From Gemmatimonadota bacterium (GTDB lineage: Bacteria; Gemmatimonadota; Gemmatimonadetes; Palauibacterales; KS3-K002), in the NCBI GenBank assembly GCA_020344215.1, contig CP070815.1, forward strand, positions 2,228,479 through 2,245,474: a DNA stretch of 16,996 bases, given 5' to 3'. Under the pieces are notes generated by a model. That model was not told the origin of the DNA. It did not search any database and worked only from the letters and a program-made list of their open reading frames with translations. This document shows, piece after piece, positions 5,347 to 12,820 of this stretch. Every line of letters begins with the position of its first letter. Position 1 is the first letter of the stretch. The position numbers and the translations under genes are program-made.

Positions 5347-5594
5347 TTCCAGCCTCGCTCGCGCCACTCGCGCGAGCCCGGAAAGATGTCGCAGTACGGC
5401 GGCGGCAACGGCTCGCCGTCCGGCGTCGCGATCATCTTGAGATGCTGTCCTCGGCGTTCACGCGCACGCCAGTGCGTACCGCACAGCCGTCGGGTCTGCT
5501 GGCCGTCGTCGATCTCGAAGATCCAGGCCGCTTCCCACGGACATTGGTGATGGTCTTTCGTGGTGTCTTCGCACTTGAACATGATCTCCCCCAT
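5343..5594 (-). CDS. Hypothetical small Cys/His-containing protein (83 aa, or 79 aa from the second ATG)
   Basis: ATG at 5594. A second ATG at 5582 has GGGGGAG 4 nt upstream and may be the true start. Confidence 0.55.
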   Translation of the reverse strand: MGEIMFKCEDTTKDHHQCPWEAAWIFEIDDGQQTRRLCGTHWRARERRGQHLKMIATPDGEPLPPPYCDIFPGSREWRERGWK

Positions 5595-5601
5595 GTTGTC
5601 T

Positions 5602-5910
5602 CTACCCCCAGGCGCGCCAGGCCAGGGACACGATCACGACGATCGTCGCAACCGCGAGGATGCCTGCAAGCAGGAGCGCCGGCGGTGTGCCGGTCGATGC
5701 GACGCGACCGTCGTCGAGCATCGCGCGCAGCATCTTTTTGGCCGTCGCCTCCGAGATAACGCCGCGAGGCACCGGCGGAATGACCGCAATCGGGCCGGAC
5801 GGTTGCTGTCGTGCTGGGTGCGGTCCCGACACCTCGACGAGCGCGTACGTCTTGTCGGTCGCCTCGTCTTCGACGACACGCAATGCCGGAATGCCCTGGG
5901 TCGGCGTCAC
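5602..5910 (-). CDS. Hypothetical C-terminally membrane-anchored protein (102 aa)
   Basis: GTG 5910..5908 overlaps the upstream TGA as GTGA, with AGGGAG 6 nt upstream. The product has a C-terminal hydrophobic helix, PPALLLAGILAVATIVVIVSLAW. The upstream part of ORF 5602..6336 is off-frame text. Confidence 0.6.
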   Translation of the reverse strand: MTPTQGIPALRVVEDEATDKTYALVEVSGPHPARQQPSGPIAVIPPVPRGVISEATAKKMLRAMLDDGRVASTGTPPALLLAGILAVATIVVIVSLAWRAWG

Positions 5911-6584
5911 TTCGGCTCCCTGGCAGCGCGTACGAGCGCCTCGTACTTCGTTTGATGGATGATCCCGGCGACTGCGGGCGCGGGCAGGATCTTGCGGTGC
6001 TTGAGGATACGCACGTAGGCGTCGCGTGCCTCGTCCTGCTCGGGGATGTCGGCCGGGCGAAGCTGAAGCTCGTCGGCGGCCATCGGCAGGTACGTCGACT
6101 CGATGTAGACGTAGGCCGCGTGGATGACGCCCTCGGGCGCGTCGGATCGCACGCCGAGCGTCGCATACGCGAGCAAGTCGGGAGAGTCCAACTCGTCCTC
6201 CATCAACTCGGTCAACGCCGCCTGGGCCGGCTCGGTGTAGTTGACCTTGCCCTCGCCGTAGTGCTTGTTGAGCAGTTGCGCGGCGTCGCGCCAGCCGCCA
6301 CGCCCGACCTTCCAGACCTTGAGATCCCTGTCCCACTTGCGGTCGCTGTAGTCGAGGCGCGTCTTTAGCTCATCGACGAAGTCCGGGTCGTACGGCGTGC
6401 GCAGCACGAACCAGTGCCCGGTGATGTCGATGTCCACGAACGCGCCGCACGTCGGCTTGCGTCGCGGCTTCGACGGCGGTTGACGGGACATGACGACACG
6501 ATTGCCGTCGATCTCCCGCTCGACCTTCCACCCCTCGCCCTCGAACGCAGCCACCTCGCTGCGGTGAATTGCCTTGACTTCCAT
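5907..6584 (-). CDS. Hypothetical protein (225 aa); possible HARP-like motif and a J-domain-like segment lacking HPD
   Basis: ATG at 6584 with GGGCGAGAG upstream. FVLRTPYDPDFVDELKTRLDYSDRKWDRDLKVWKV resembles the HARP/annealing-helicase repeat pattern. LLAYATLGVRSDAPEGVIHAAYVYIESTYLPM resembles J-domain helices I-II, with LPM where HPD would be. Confidence 0.55.
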   Translation of the reverse strand: MEVKAIHRSEVAAFEGEGWKVEREIDGNRVVMSRQPPSKPRRKPTCGAFVDIDITGHWFVLRTPYDPDFVDELKTRLDYSDRKWDRDLKVWKVGRGGWRDAAQLLNKHYGEGKVNYTEPAQAALTELMEDELDSPDLLAYATLGVRSDAPEGVIHAAYVYIESTYLPMAADELQLRPADIPEQDEARDAYVRILKHRKILPAPAVAGIIHQTKYEALVRAAREPK

Positions 6585-6607
6585 TCTCTCGCCCTTTCGC
6601 TCTCAGT

Positions 6608-6634
6608 ATCCACCAAGAACGGCTCCCGGTGGAT
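6608..6634. promoter_or_regulatory. 7-bp inverted repeat ATCCACC-N13-GGTGGAT in a 57-nt intergenic spacer
   Basis: Seen directly. It lies between the stop of the 51-aa ORF (6642) and the ATG at 6584. Confidence 0.3.
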
Positions 6635-6641
6635 AGGGATG

Positions 6642-6797
6642 TCAGCGATGCACTCGCTTGACGCAACACTCGTAGATTTCGCGATCCCACAGATCTTCGA
6701 TGACGACGCGAACGCCGTCGGGCGTCTCGGTGAACGTGCGCCGCTGCACGAACCAACCGCTCTCATCTTGCTCGCGCCACGTGATCTTGTAGGTCAC
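6642..6797 (-). CDS. Small ORF (51 aa) absent from the supplied track
   Basis: GTG 6797..6795 overlaps the HNH gene's TGA (6796..6794) as GTGA. The product VTYKITWREQDESGWFVQRRTFTETPDGVRVVIEDLWDREIYECCVKRVHR reads as real protein, and the ORF ends in TGA at 6644..6642. Confidence 0.5.
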   Translation of the reverse strand: MTYKITWREQDESGWFVQRRTFTETPDGVRVVIEDLWDREIYECCVKRVHR

Positions 6798-7309
6798 AGA
6801 TGCTTCCAGTTGTATTTGATCGCGGATCGAACAGTATCTCGTGAAACACCATACTCAGCGGCGAGCGCGGTGATCGAAACGCCGGCGCGGTGACGAGCGC
6901 GCAGTGCCGTCACCTGCTTCTCGTTGAGGATCGCCCGGCCGTTCTTCGAGCCCTTCGGAGTCGTGCCGTGACGATCCCGATCGCGCATATTCTCTAGCTG
7001 CGTGCCCCAGGCAAGATTCTCGACGCGGTTGTCGTCGCGTATGCCATTGAGGTGCCGCACCTGCGCGCCGTCGAACGGCGGGTCGCCTTTGAACGTCACC
7101 ATCACCAGTCGCGCCACAGCGTAGTTTCCACGCCCTGGATTTCCTCGGGCGAACAGGCTCACCCGCATGTACCCGTCCTTGTCAGCTACCAGACGACGTA
7201 TCAGCGGCTCGCCGTATCGCTTGCGTGTGAGGCTGCGCACGCGTCCCTGATCACTGACCTCGTACATATCAGGTGCCCACGGCAGGGCCTTCCACGTCTC
7301 GTGCATCAC
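6794..7309 (-). CDS. Free-standing HNH homing endonuclease (NUMOD4 + HNH_3 + C-terminal HTH)
   Basis: WKALPWAPDMYEVSDQGRVRS is a NUMOD4 signature and HLNGIRDDNRVENLAWGTQLEN is the HNH_3 signature. A C-terminal HTH is present (VSITALAAEYGVSRDTV). The start is GTG 7309 or ATG 7306, both overlapping the upstream TGA. Confidence 0.8.
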   Translation of the reverse strand: MMHETWKALPWAPDMYEVSDQGRVRSLTRKRYGEPLIRRLVADKDGYMRVSLFARGNPGRGNYAVARLVMVTFKGDPPFDGAQVRHLNGIRDDNRVENLAWGTQLENMRDRDRHGTTPKGSKNGRAILNEKQVTALRARHRAGVSITALAAEYGVSRDTVRSAIKYNWKHL

Positions 7310-7578
7310 ACAGGGCCTTCACACTTGCACGGGTAGGGACCGCCTTCGGCGTGCCACGTCCGGCGACCGCAATCGCACTCAATGGGCACCTGCCCCATTG
7401 CACGGTTGACGATCTTGTGCGGCATGTGTCCCGACGTGACCCACACGATCGCACGGCGATTGCTGCGCGTAAGTCGTCGCAGCGTCGAGTCGAGGATCCG
7501 GTACTTGCCCCACAGCGACGGCCGCCCCACGAACGGCTCCCTGTGGATATTGACGGTGGTGGTTAGTGTGGACGCCAC
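7306..7578 (-). CDS. Hypothetical protein (90 aa), weakly DUF4326-like
   Basis: GTG at 7578 overlaps the upstream gene by 16 nt. VNIHREPFVGRPSLWGK recalls the DUF4326 opening (vyvGRps.wGNPf), but the remainder does not clearly match. A C-terminal CDC...CKC is present. Confidence 0.45.
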   Translation of the reverse strand: MASTLTTTVNIHREPFVGRPSLWGKYRILDSTLRRLTRSNRRAIVWVTSGHMPHKIVNRAMGQVPIECDCGRRTWHAEGGPYPCKCEGPV

Positions 7579-8171
7579 GTAGCCATCGCCTCCGCGTAGT
7601 CGAAGTGTTTGCCACTGAAGTGGTCGATCGTAACCGGCTCTCCGTCGAAGTACAGAATGTGCTCGTTGTAGACGTACATGTACTCCGGCACTGCACGCTT
7701 CTTCTCGACGAACTCCCGACCGTCGCCGTTAATCCGCCAATTGCCCGAGCGGTGCTTCTTCGGATTTCCGTTCGGTTCTTCTTCGATTAGGCCGTAGTGC
7801 ACCGGGCGCGTATAGTCCCGCGAGGCCATGATCTTTTGCGGCATCATCCGTACGCTGTGGAACGCCCCCGGGTTTGCGTGGTCCTTCCAGTAGAGCCACA
7901 CCAGAAAGTGGCAGCAGTTAGCGGACAGCCGATAACGGTACCGCTTCGCGAACTGACCGCAGCACGGACATCGCCGTCCCGTCGGCAGCGTCCAGATAAG
8001 CGCGTCTTGCGCCGCGTCGAGAGTCTCGCCATTCACCTGCGGCACGACACTCTTGACCAGGTTGTACTCGCGCGCGGCGGCGCACGACTGGCACCGCAAG
8101 CTATTCGCGTCAAATTGGTCGAGCCTTTTGACACAACCACAGTCGACGCAGCGCCTGCCTGTAGTGATCAT
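7563..8171 (-). CDS. Hypothetical protein (202 aa) with two zinc-ribbon motifs
   Basis: ATG 8171 directly abuts the polymerase TAG (8174..8172). The product has CVDCGC...CQSC and CPCCGQ...CCH motifs. No family recognised with confidence. Confidence 0.6.
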   Translation of the reverse strand: MITTGRRCVDCGCVKRLDQFDANSLRCQSCAAAREYNLVKSVVPQVNGETLDAAQDALIWTLPTGRRCPCCGQFAKRYRYRLSANCCHFLVWLYWKDHANPGAFHSVRMMPQKIMASRDYTRPVHYGLIEEEPNGNPKKHRSGNWRINGDGREFVEKKRAVPEYMYVYNEHILYFDGEPVTIDHFSGKHFDYAEAMATWRPH

Positions 8172-11100
8172 CTAGCTCACCTTGTCCCAGGAGTCGCCGA
8201 TCTTCGCGTCGGCGGGGAAATGGATCGTGACTCCGTTGTGGGTGTGCTCTTGTGTGAGGTTGTCGCTGACGGCCGTGCAGACGTCGTCGGCCTTGTCCTC
8301 GTCGCACTCGACGTAGATCGCGTCGTGGACCTGCAAGATGACCTCGGCCGTCGGATCGACGTCGGGCAGCGCGTCGACGACGCGAAGAAGTCCGGTGTCC
8401 ATGAAATCAGCCCCCGTAGCCTGCACGCCGAAATTGAATACGGTCGATTCTTCAGCGTTCCCGAGCGGGAAGCATCGCCGACGGCCGTACAGGAAGCTGC
8501 GCATCTCGCGCTTGGTGGCGACGTCGCGCAGCAGTTGCTGGTGCCACGCCTCGACGCCGGTCATCTTCGACTTCATCAGATCGTTCATGCGATGTACGTC
8601 AGCCGCGCTGATCTCGGGGTAGTCGCGGGTCAACGCGTCGATCATCGTCTGGACACTACCCCCGTACAGCGCGCAGTTGTGGTGCAGAAACCCCTCGGCG
8701 ATGAACGTACCCGTCGTCGTCTCCAACGCGACGAGCGGCTGCATCCCGATAGGCTCCACGCTAAGCACCTTTGCATTGGGCGTGAAGTCGCGTAGACGAC
8801 AGCCATTCCACAACCGATTCGAGTTAGCCAGCAACCGGCGAGGACGGATCGTGCCCAGGAAACGCAGCATCTCCCATAGACCGCCTTGGATCTCTGTCCG
8901 CACGACGGCGTCGCTGGCACGCTCGGCGGTGTGGAGCCGGAACGCGCGCGCGGCCATCTCGGCGATCAGGGTGTCGAGCAGCTCGTTCGGCTTCTGACCC
9001 AAGCCGATCACACGATGACCTACGTTACCCTCACCGTCATACGCACCAGCCAGGTAGCCGGCGCCCCACGATCGATCTTCAGTCCACGGTTCTGTTGTGA
9101 ACGAGAGCAAATCGCCGGGGCGAAGCTCGTCGGTCCGAACCCACGCCTTGCAGGCGTATCGCTTCTTGCTGCGTATGCGCTTATCTGCACGCATCCGCCC
9201 GATCCACAGGTGCTCGTCGCTCGCGACGACGTCTCCCTGTGTCGTACTGACGCGATATGCTGGTTGCTCGACGAAGCGCACACTATTGACGCGTGCCGCC
9301 GCGAAGTAGGGCTCGTCGCGACGTCTCCATGGACGCCCGATCGGCGGCTCGGTGAACGCCAACAGATCATCGCCCTCGCGCAGCGTTTCGATCGGCACCC
9401 AGCGAAGGTCCTGCGTCAGCACGCGCGATCCCGGCGCCAAGCAGTACTCCGGGCGCTTGATCATGTCGCGGAGTTGCTTGCGCTGATCGACGGGCAGGCT
9501 GTCGAACGTCGGCCATACGATGCGCGCGAACTCCGAGTGGATGTCTTTGTTGTTGGCGAAGATCTCGACGAGGAAGGCGTCACCGGACAGCAGCGCGATG
9601 ATGCGCGCTTCGAGTTGGGCGAAGTCCGCGCCTACGATCTTGCGCCCCGGCGGTGCGACGACCTGTTCGCGCAGGTTCGGGCGGTTCTTCTTGGGATCCG
9701 CTTTCGGCCAGTTCATGCAATTGCTTGCAATTATTACCTTTTTGTCGCGACGGACAACGACGTAGCCGCTCGGCACCGTCACGCAGTACACCGGCTGCGG
9801 CCCTTGCACGCGTTCAACGCACGTCGCCGAGCTGTGGTTCGACACCGCCCGCGACGAGAACCGAACTTGCCAATTCGGCTTCTTTTGGATCGGCGACCGT
9901 GTGTAGCGACGAACGACGGTGCGACGTCCGCACAGCGCCGCGAGCGCTTGTACCCAATCCGCGTTGGACTCGATCGACGAGTAGTATTCGCAGCCCGTCT
10001 GTGTGTTGCCGTCCCAATACACAATCTCGTCGATCAACACCTCGACCGTGTCGCGTGTAAGCGTCAGTAATGACGATCCGAACTGCTTGGCGCGGCCCCC
10101 GAGCAGATCAGCTACGCGACTGCCGGCGGGGCACTTCTTCACATAGATCCGAACGCGGCGACGGGGCTGCCCGGTGAATGGGCTTGGCTTCCAGCGCTCG
10201 GTCAACGTGTAGGCGAGGTTCAGTGACTCCAGTGCGTTGACGAGTCGATCGACCTTGCGCTGCTTGGTGAACTGGAAGTCCCACCCGGAGCCGTTCCACG
10301 TACCGTCAGCCTGCGCGGCGCAGAGCAACGTCACCAGCGAATCATTTAACGCCTCGTCACCGAACGCGTAGTTTCCTGCGTGAATGAACTCATCGTGCGT
10401 ATCGGTGAACGAGTAGTCGCCGGCTTGCACGTCGACGTAGCTGCCACTTCGTCGGCGGTACAATAGGCCGTGATCGGGCGTCACGTACAGGTCCACATAA
10501 CGACCTGCCATGCGGATCATTTCATCCGCCGTGTAGTGGACGTAGTCGGTCGGCGTCACGAACTGGATCGATTCGTCCGTCTTGTCGTACTGCGCGACGC
10601 GCACATCGCGCGGCAGTTCGTCGAAGCGTACCCAACCACGTTCGGTCAGGATCTCCGTCGCACCGTCGAAGCAATTGGGGTGCTCGGCACCCCACCGGCC
10701 GGTGATCTTATTGACCGACCACACCGGGTGGATGCGGTCGTTGTCGTCCATGTAGTGGGGCAGCTTGGCGACGAACGTCGAGTTCATCTTGGCGGCCTCA
10801 CGGAAGTCTACGATCGCCGCGACCTCGGGCACGTGCGCGATGGCTTCGAGCACTTCGCGCTTCGTGGACGTCTTGCCCTTGGCGGTCTGCTGATACAGCG
10901 ACACGCCGCGCGCTTTGAGGTAGGCGGCGACGTGATCAGCGTTGCCGATCGAGAACTCGAACTTGCCCTTCTCGATCTCCTTGTCCAACTCGACCAGCCG
11001 GACGGCGTGGCGAGCCAGGTAGTCGGGTGGGTCGCTCTTGCGACGACGCTTGGCGCGCTCGGCGGCGAGCCGGTCCTTGAACTTCTCGAACGTCTCGTCG

Positions 11101-12455
11101 TCGTAGACCAGCTCGCGAAGCTGCGCCATCGAGTCGTCGAGGACCTTGTTGAACCGCACCTGCATGGCGGTGTTGACCTCGCGATTGATCGGGACGCCGA
11201 CCTCGGACATGTGGGCCGCAATCTCGGCCATCTTGATGTCGATGTCGTAGGTCTTGTCGCTGCCAGACGCCTTCAGGCAGTTGCGCAGCGGTGCGCGAAG
11301 TCGAGCCGTCGCCAACGCGTCGCGCGCGTTGTAGGTCAGTAGCTCATCGACGCCGCCCTTGCCGCCCCGAAACTCGGCCTTCCACGGCCCGATGCAGAAG
11401 AACTGCGTCGTCACGCGCTGGAGGTCGTGGGCGAGGCCCGGAAACGCCGAGTGGTGCATCAGCAGCGTACAATCGACCACGCCGCGCGCCGGCATGTTGT
11501 GCCGCGCGAAGACCTGCGTGTCGTACATCCGGTTGTGCATGACCTTCTCGATGGTCGAGTCGGCCATCAAGCTGGCGATGACTTTCTTGGTGAGCGGACG
11601 GAGAATCGAATACGCGACGGAGACGCCGAGCTTGGGCGTCGCCATCCCGATCGCCGTCAGCTTTGCGTACATCGGCTCGATGGCGAGGTGGCCGTCGGTG
11701 CCGACCGTCTCGGCGTCGATCGCCATGATGCGCTCGGTCCGCGCGGTCTGCGCGAACATGAGCACCAGTTCGTGCGCCTTGGACGGGTCGTCGGCCTCGG
11801 TAGCGATGTCGTCGGAGAACATCACGTTCTCGCCGCTCGCCACGCGCTTGACCTTGGCGACGTCGTACAGCAGGTTCCAGAACAGCAGATCCACCGCGTG
11901 TGCGCCGGATGCTCCGTCGCCGCCGCGAAGAATCGCCGCCGGGTGAATCGTCGGGATGACGGGACGATCGCCGCGACCGTCGATGTCAACCTCGTGGACG
12001 GACCCGGCCAGCTTGGAGATCGAGAACTTGTCGCCGAGGAATCCCTGCGCGGCGACGCCGCCCAGCGCGAGGATCGGCAGCTTCGGCAAGCTGCGAAGCT
12101 CGTCGTGTAGACGCGGCTCGCAGCACTGGCGCGCCGCCTTCTTCTTGGCGTCGCCGGCGCCCGGCGGCGGAATGCACAGCGTCGCGTTAGTGATCCACAG
12201 CGACGAGCGCTCGATTTTGACTGCCCGAAGGGCCTGGTCTAACATTCGACCCGATGCCCCCACGAACGGGATGCCCGCCTCGACCTCGTTACGACCTGGC
12301 CCTTCCCCGACGACAATCGCAGCCGCATCGTCGGGGCCGATGCCACGCACGGGCCTGTTCGGCTTGCCGCCTGCTGCAAAGGGACACTCGGCGCAGTTCG
12401 GCGACGCGTCGGGTCCGCGACGGACGTCGTTGTCGGTCTGTGCGGTAGACATCAT
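8172..12455 (-). CDS. polA: Family-A (Pol I-type) DNA polymerase precursor (1427 aa): UDG-like domain + 3'-5' exonuclease + polymerase, interrupted by two inteins
   Basis: The Exo motifs are MAIDAET, HNRMYD and YNARDA. The polymerase motifs are A (GADFAQLEARIIA), B (RDMIKRPEY[intein]CALYGG) and C (LQVHDAI), with TGRWGAEHPN[intein]CMNWPK matching the PNLQNIP box. ATG 12455 overlaps the upstream TGA as ATGA; residues 1-75 of the 1502-aa ORF are off-frame over the upstream gene. Confidence 0.9.
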   Translation of the reverse strand: MMSTAQTDNDVRRGPDASPNCAECPFAAGGKPNRPVRGIGPDDAAAIVVGEGPGRNEVEAGIPFVGASGRMLDQALRAVKIERSSLWITNATLCIPPPGAGDAKKKAARQCCEPRLHDELRSLPKLPILALGGVAAQGFLGDKFSISKLAGSVHEVDIDGRGDRPVIPTIHPAAILRGGDGASGAHAVDLLFWNLLYDVAKVKRVASGENVMFSDDIATEADDPSKAHELVLMFAQTARTERIMAIDAETVGTDGHLAIEPMYAKLTAIGMATPKLGVSVAYSILRPLTKKVIASLMADSTIEKVMHNRMYDTQVFARHNMPARGVVDCTLLMHHSAFPGLAHDLQRVTTQFFCIGPWKAEFRGGKGGVDELLTYNARDALATARLRAPLRNCLKASGSDKTYDIDIKMAEIAAHMSEVGVPINREVNTAMQVRFNKVLDDSMAQLRELVYDDETFEKFKDRLAAERAKRRRKSDPPDYLARHAVRLVELDKEIEKGKFEFSIGNADHVAAYLKARGVSLYQQTAKGKTSTKREVLEAIAHVPEVAAIVDFREAAKMNSTFVAKLPHYMDDNDRIHPVWSVNKITGRWGAEHPNCFDGATEILTERGWVRFDELPRDVRVAQYDKTDESIQFVTPTDYVHYTADEMIRMAGRYVDLYVTPDHGLLYRRRSGSYVDVQAGDYSFTDTHDEFIHAGNYAFGDEALNDSLVTLLCAAQADGTWNGSGWDFQFTKQRKVDRLVNALESLNLAYTLTERWKPSPFTGQPRRRVRIYVKKCPAGSRVADLLGGRAKQFGSSLLTLTRDTVEVLIDEIVYWDGNTQTGCEYYSSIESNADWVQALAALCGRRTVVRRYTRSPIQKKPNWQVRFSSRAVSNHSSATCVERVQGPQPVYCVTVPSGYVVVRRDKKVIIASNCMNWPKADPKKNRPNLREQVVAPPGRKIVGADFAQLEARIIALLSGDAFLVEIFANNKDIHSEFARIVWPTFDSLPVDQRKQLRDMIKRPEYCLAPGSRVLTQDLRWVPIETLREGDDLLAFTEPPIGRPWRRRDEPYFAAARVNSVRFVEQPAYRVSTTQGDVVASDEHLWIGRMRADKRIRSKKRYACKAWVRTDELRPGDLLSFTTEPWTEDRSWGAGYLAGAYDGEGNVGHRVIGLGQKPNELLDTLIAEMAARAFRLHTAERASDAVVRTEIQGGLWEMLRFLGTIRPRRLLANSNRLWNGCRLRDFTPNAKVLSVEPIGMQPLVALETTTGTFIAEGFLHHNCALYGGSVQTMIDALTRDYPEISAADVHRMNDLMKSKMTGVEAWHQQLLRDVATKREMRSFLYGRRRCFPLGNAEESTVFNFGVQATGADFMDTGLLRVVDALPDVDPTAEVILQVHDAIYVECDEDKADDVCTAVSDNLTQEHTHNGVTIHFPADAKIGDSWDKVS
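8676..9443 (-). mobile_element. Intein 2 (256 aa), inserted inside polymerase motif B; one clear LAGLIDADG motif
   Basis: It starts CLAPGSRVLTQDLRWVPIETL and has an SDEH block B. It ends TGTFIAEGFLHHN, followed by +1 Cys (CALYGG). YLAGAYDGEGNVG is LAGLIDADG-like; a second motif is not evident. Confidence 0.85.
9720..10673 (-). mobile_element. Intein 1 (318 aa) with a two-motif LAGLIDADG homing endonuclease, inserted in the PN/QNxP box
   Basis: It starts CFDGATEILTERGW and has a TPDH block B. It ends VYCVTVPSGYVVVRRDKKVIIASN, followed by +1 Cys (CMNWPK). The LAGLIDADG-like motifs are LLCAAQADGTW and LIDEIVYWDGN. Boundary codons were checked on the DNA (gca at 10671-10673; att at 9720-9722). 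Confidence 0.85.
11886..12455 (-). other. Family-4 uracil-DNA-glycosylase-like domain at the N-terminus of the polymerase
   Basis: GEGPGRNEVEAGIPFVGASGRML matches the GE(A/G)PGxxE...PFvGxaGxlL motif, and TIHPAAILR matches the HPS/A motif. The Cys pattern CAEC...C(x16)C fits the family-4 [4Fe-4S] ligand spacing. Confidence 0.75.
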
Positions 12456-12754
12456 CGCACGTCCATCAATCCCCACAGCACGCGCTCCGCGCGCCCGTCG
12501 TTGTCGGTTACGCGATAGACGCGTCCACCGCGCTTGAGCTTCGCGATGTTGCGTTGTACGGACCGCAGCGTCGTGCCCGCGCCTGCTGCAATCTGGTACA
12601 TGTCGGCGACGCCGCCCAGTTGACGGAGCACGGCGATGATCTTCGCCTCGCCTTCGCCCGTGCCGTCGAGAAACGCGCACCGATCACATGCAGCCGCCTG
12701 TAGCTGCTTGCTGCGCCCGCACTCGCACCACGCTTCGATGGTGTCGCCAAGCAT
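12452..12754 (-). CDS. Zinc-ribbon + winged-helix DNA-binding protein (100 aa)
   Basis: ATG 12754 with GGGGGAG 5 nt upstream. The product has CEC...CDRC followed by an HTH-like segment, MYQIAAGAGTTLRSVQRNIAKLKRGGRV. Confidence 0.6.
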   Translation of the reverse strand: MLGDTIEAWCECGRSKQLQAAACDRCAFLDGTGEGEAKIIAVLRQLGGVADMYQIAAGAGTTLRSVQRNIAKLKRGGRVYRVTDNDGRAERVLWGLMDVR

Positions 12755-12775
12755 GAAATCTCCCCCGAGACATGT

Positions 12776-12810
12776 GGGGGACGGGCAGCGCGAACGCCGC
12801 ACCGTCCCCC
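12776..12810 (-). terminator. GC-rich hairpin after the DUF669 gene; possible terminator or attenuator without a U-tract
   Basis: GGGGGACGG (12776-12784) pairs with CCGTCCCCC (12802-12810), and inner partial pairing continues the stem. It sits in the 66-nt spacer between the stop at 12821 and the start at 12754. Confidence 0.35.
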
Positions 12811-12820
12811 AGGATGCCGA

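Noticed and set aside
5432-6336. 244-aa minus-strand ORFs 5432-6166 and 5602-6336 (upstream part)
   Set aside because: They overlap the 5907-6584 gene in other frames with Arg/Ser/Pro-rich composition. Only the last 102 codons of 5602-6336 look real and are kept as a GTG-started gene.
6365-6766. ORFs 6365-6766 and 6370-6756 (minus)
   Set aside because: Arg-rich off-frame translations. The region is better explained by the 5907-6584 gene plus the 51-aa ORF.
7797-10070. Long plus-strand ORFs 7797-8795 (332 aa) and 8886-10070 (394 aa)
   Set aside because: They are antisense to the zinc-ribbon gene and the polymerase/intein sequence, with the same off-frame composition and no recognisable motifs.
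12456-12680. 75-residue N-terminal extension of the polymerase ORF
   Set aside because: It is Arg-rich off-frame text overlapping the winged-helix gene. The ATGA coupling at 12455 and the start of the UDG domain support the shorter form.
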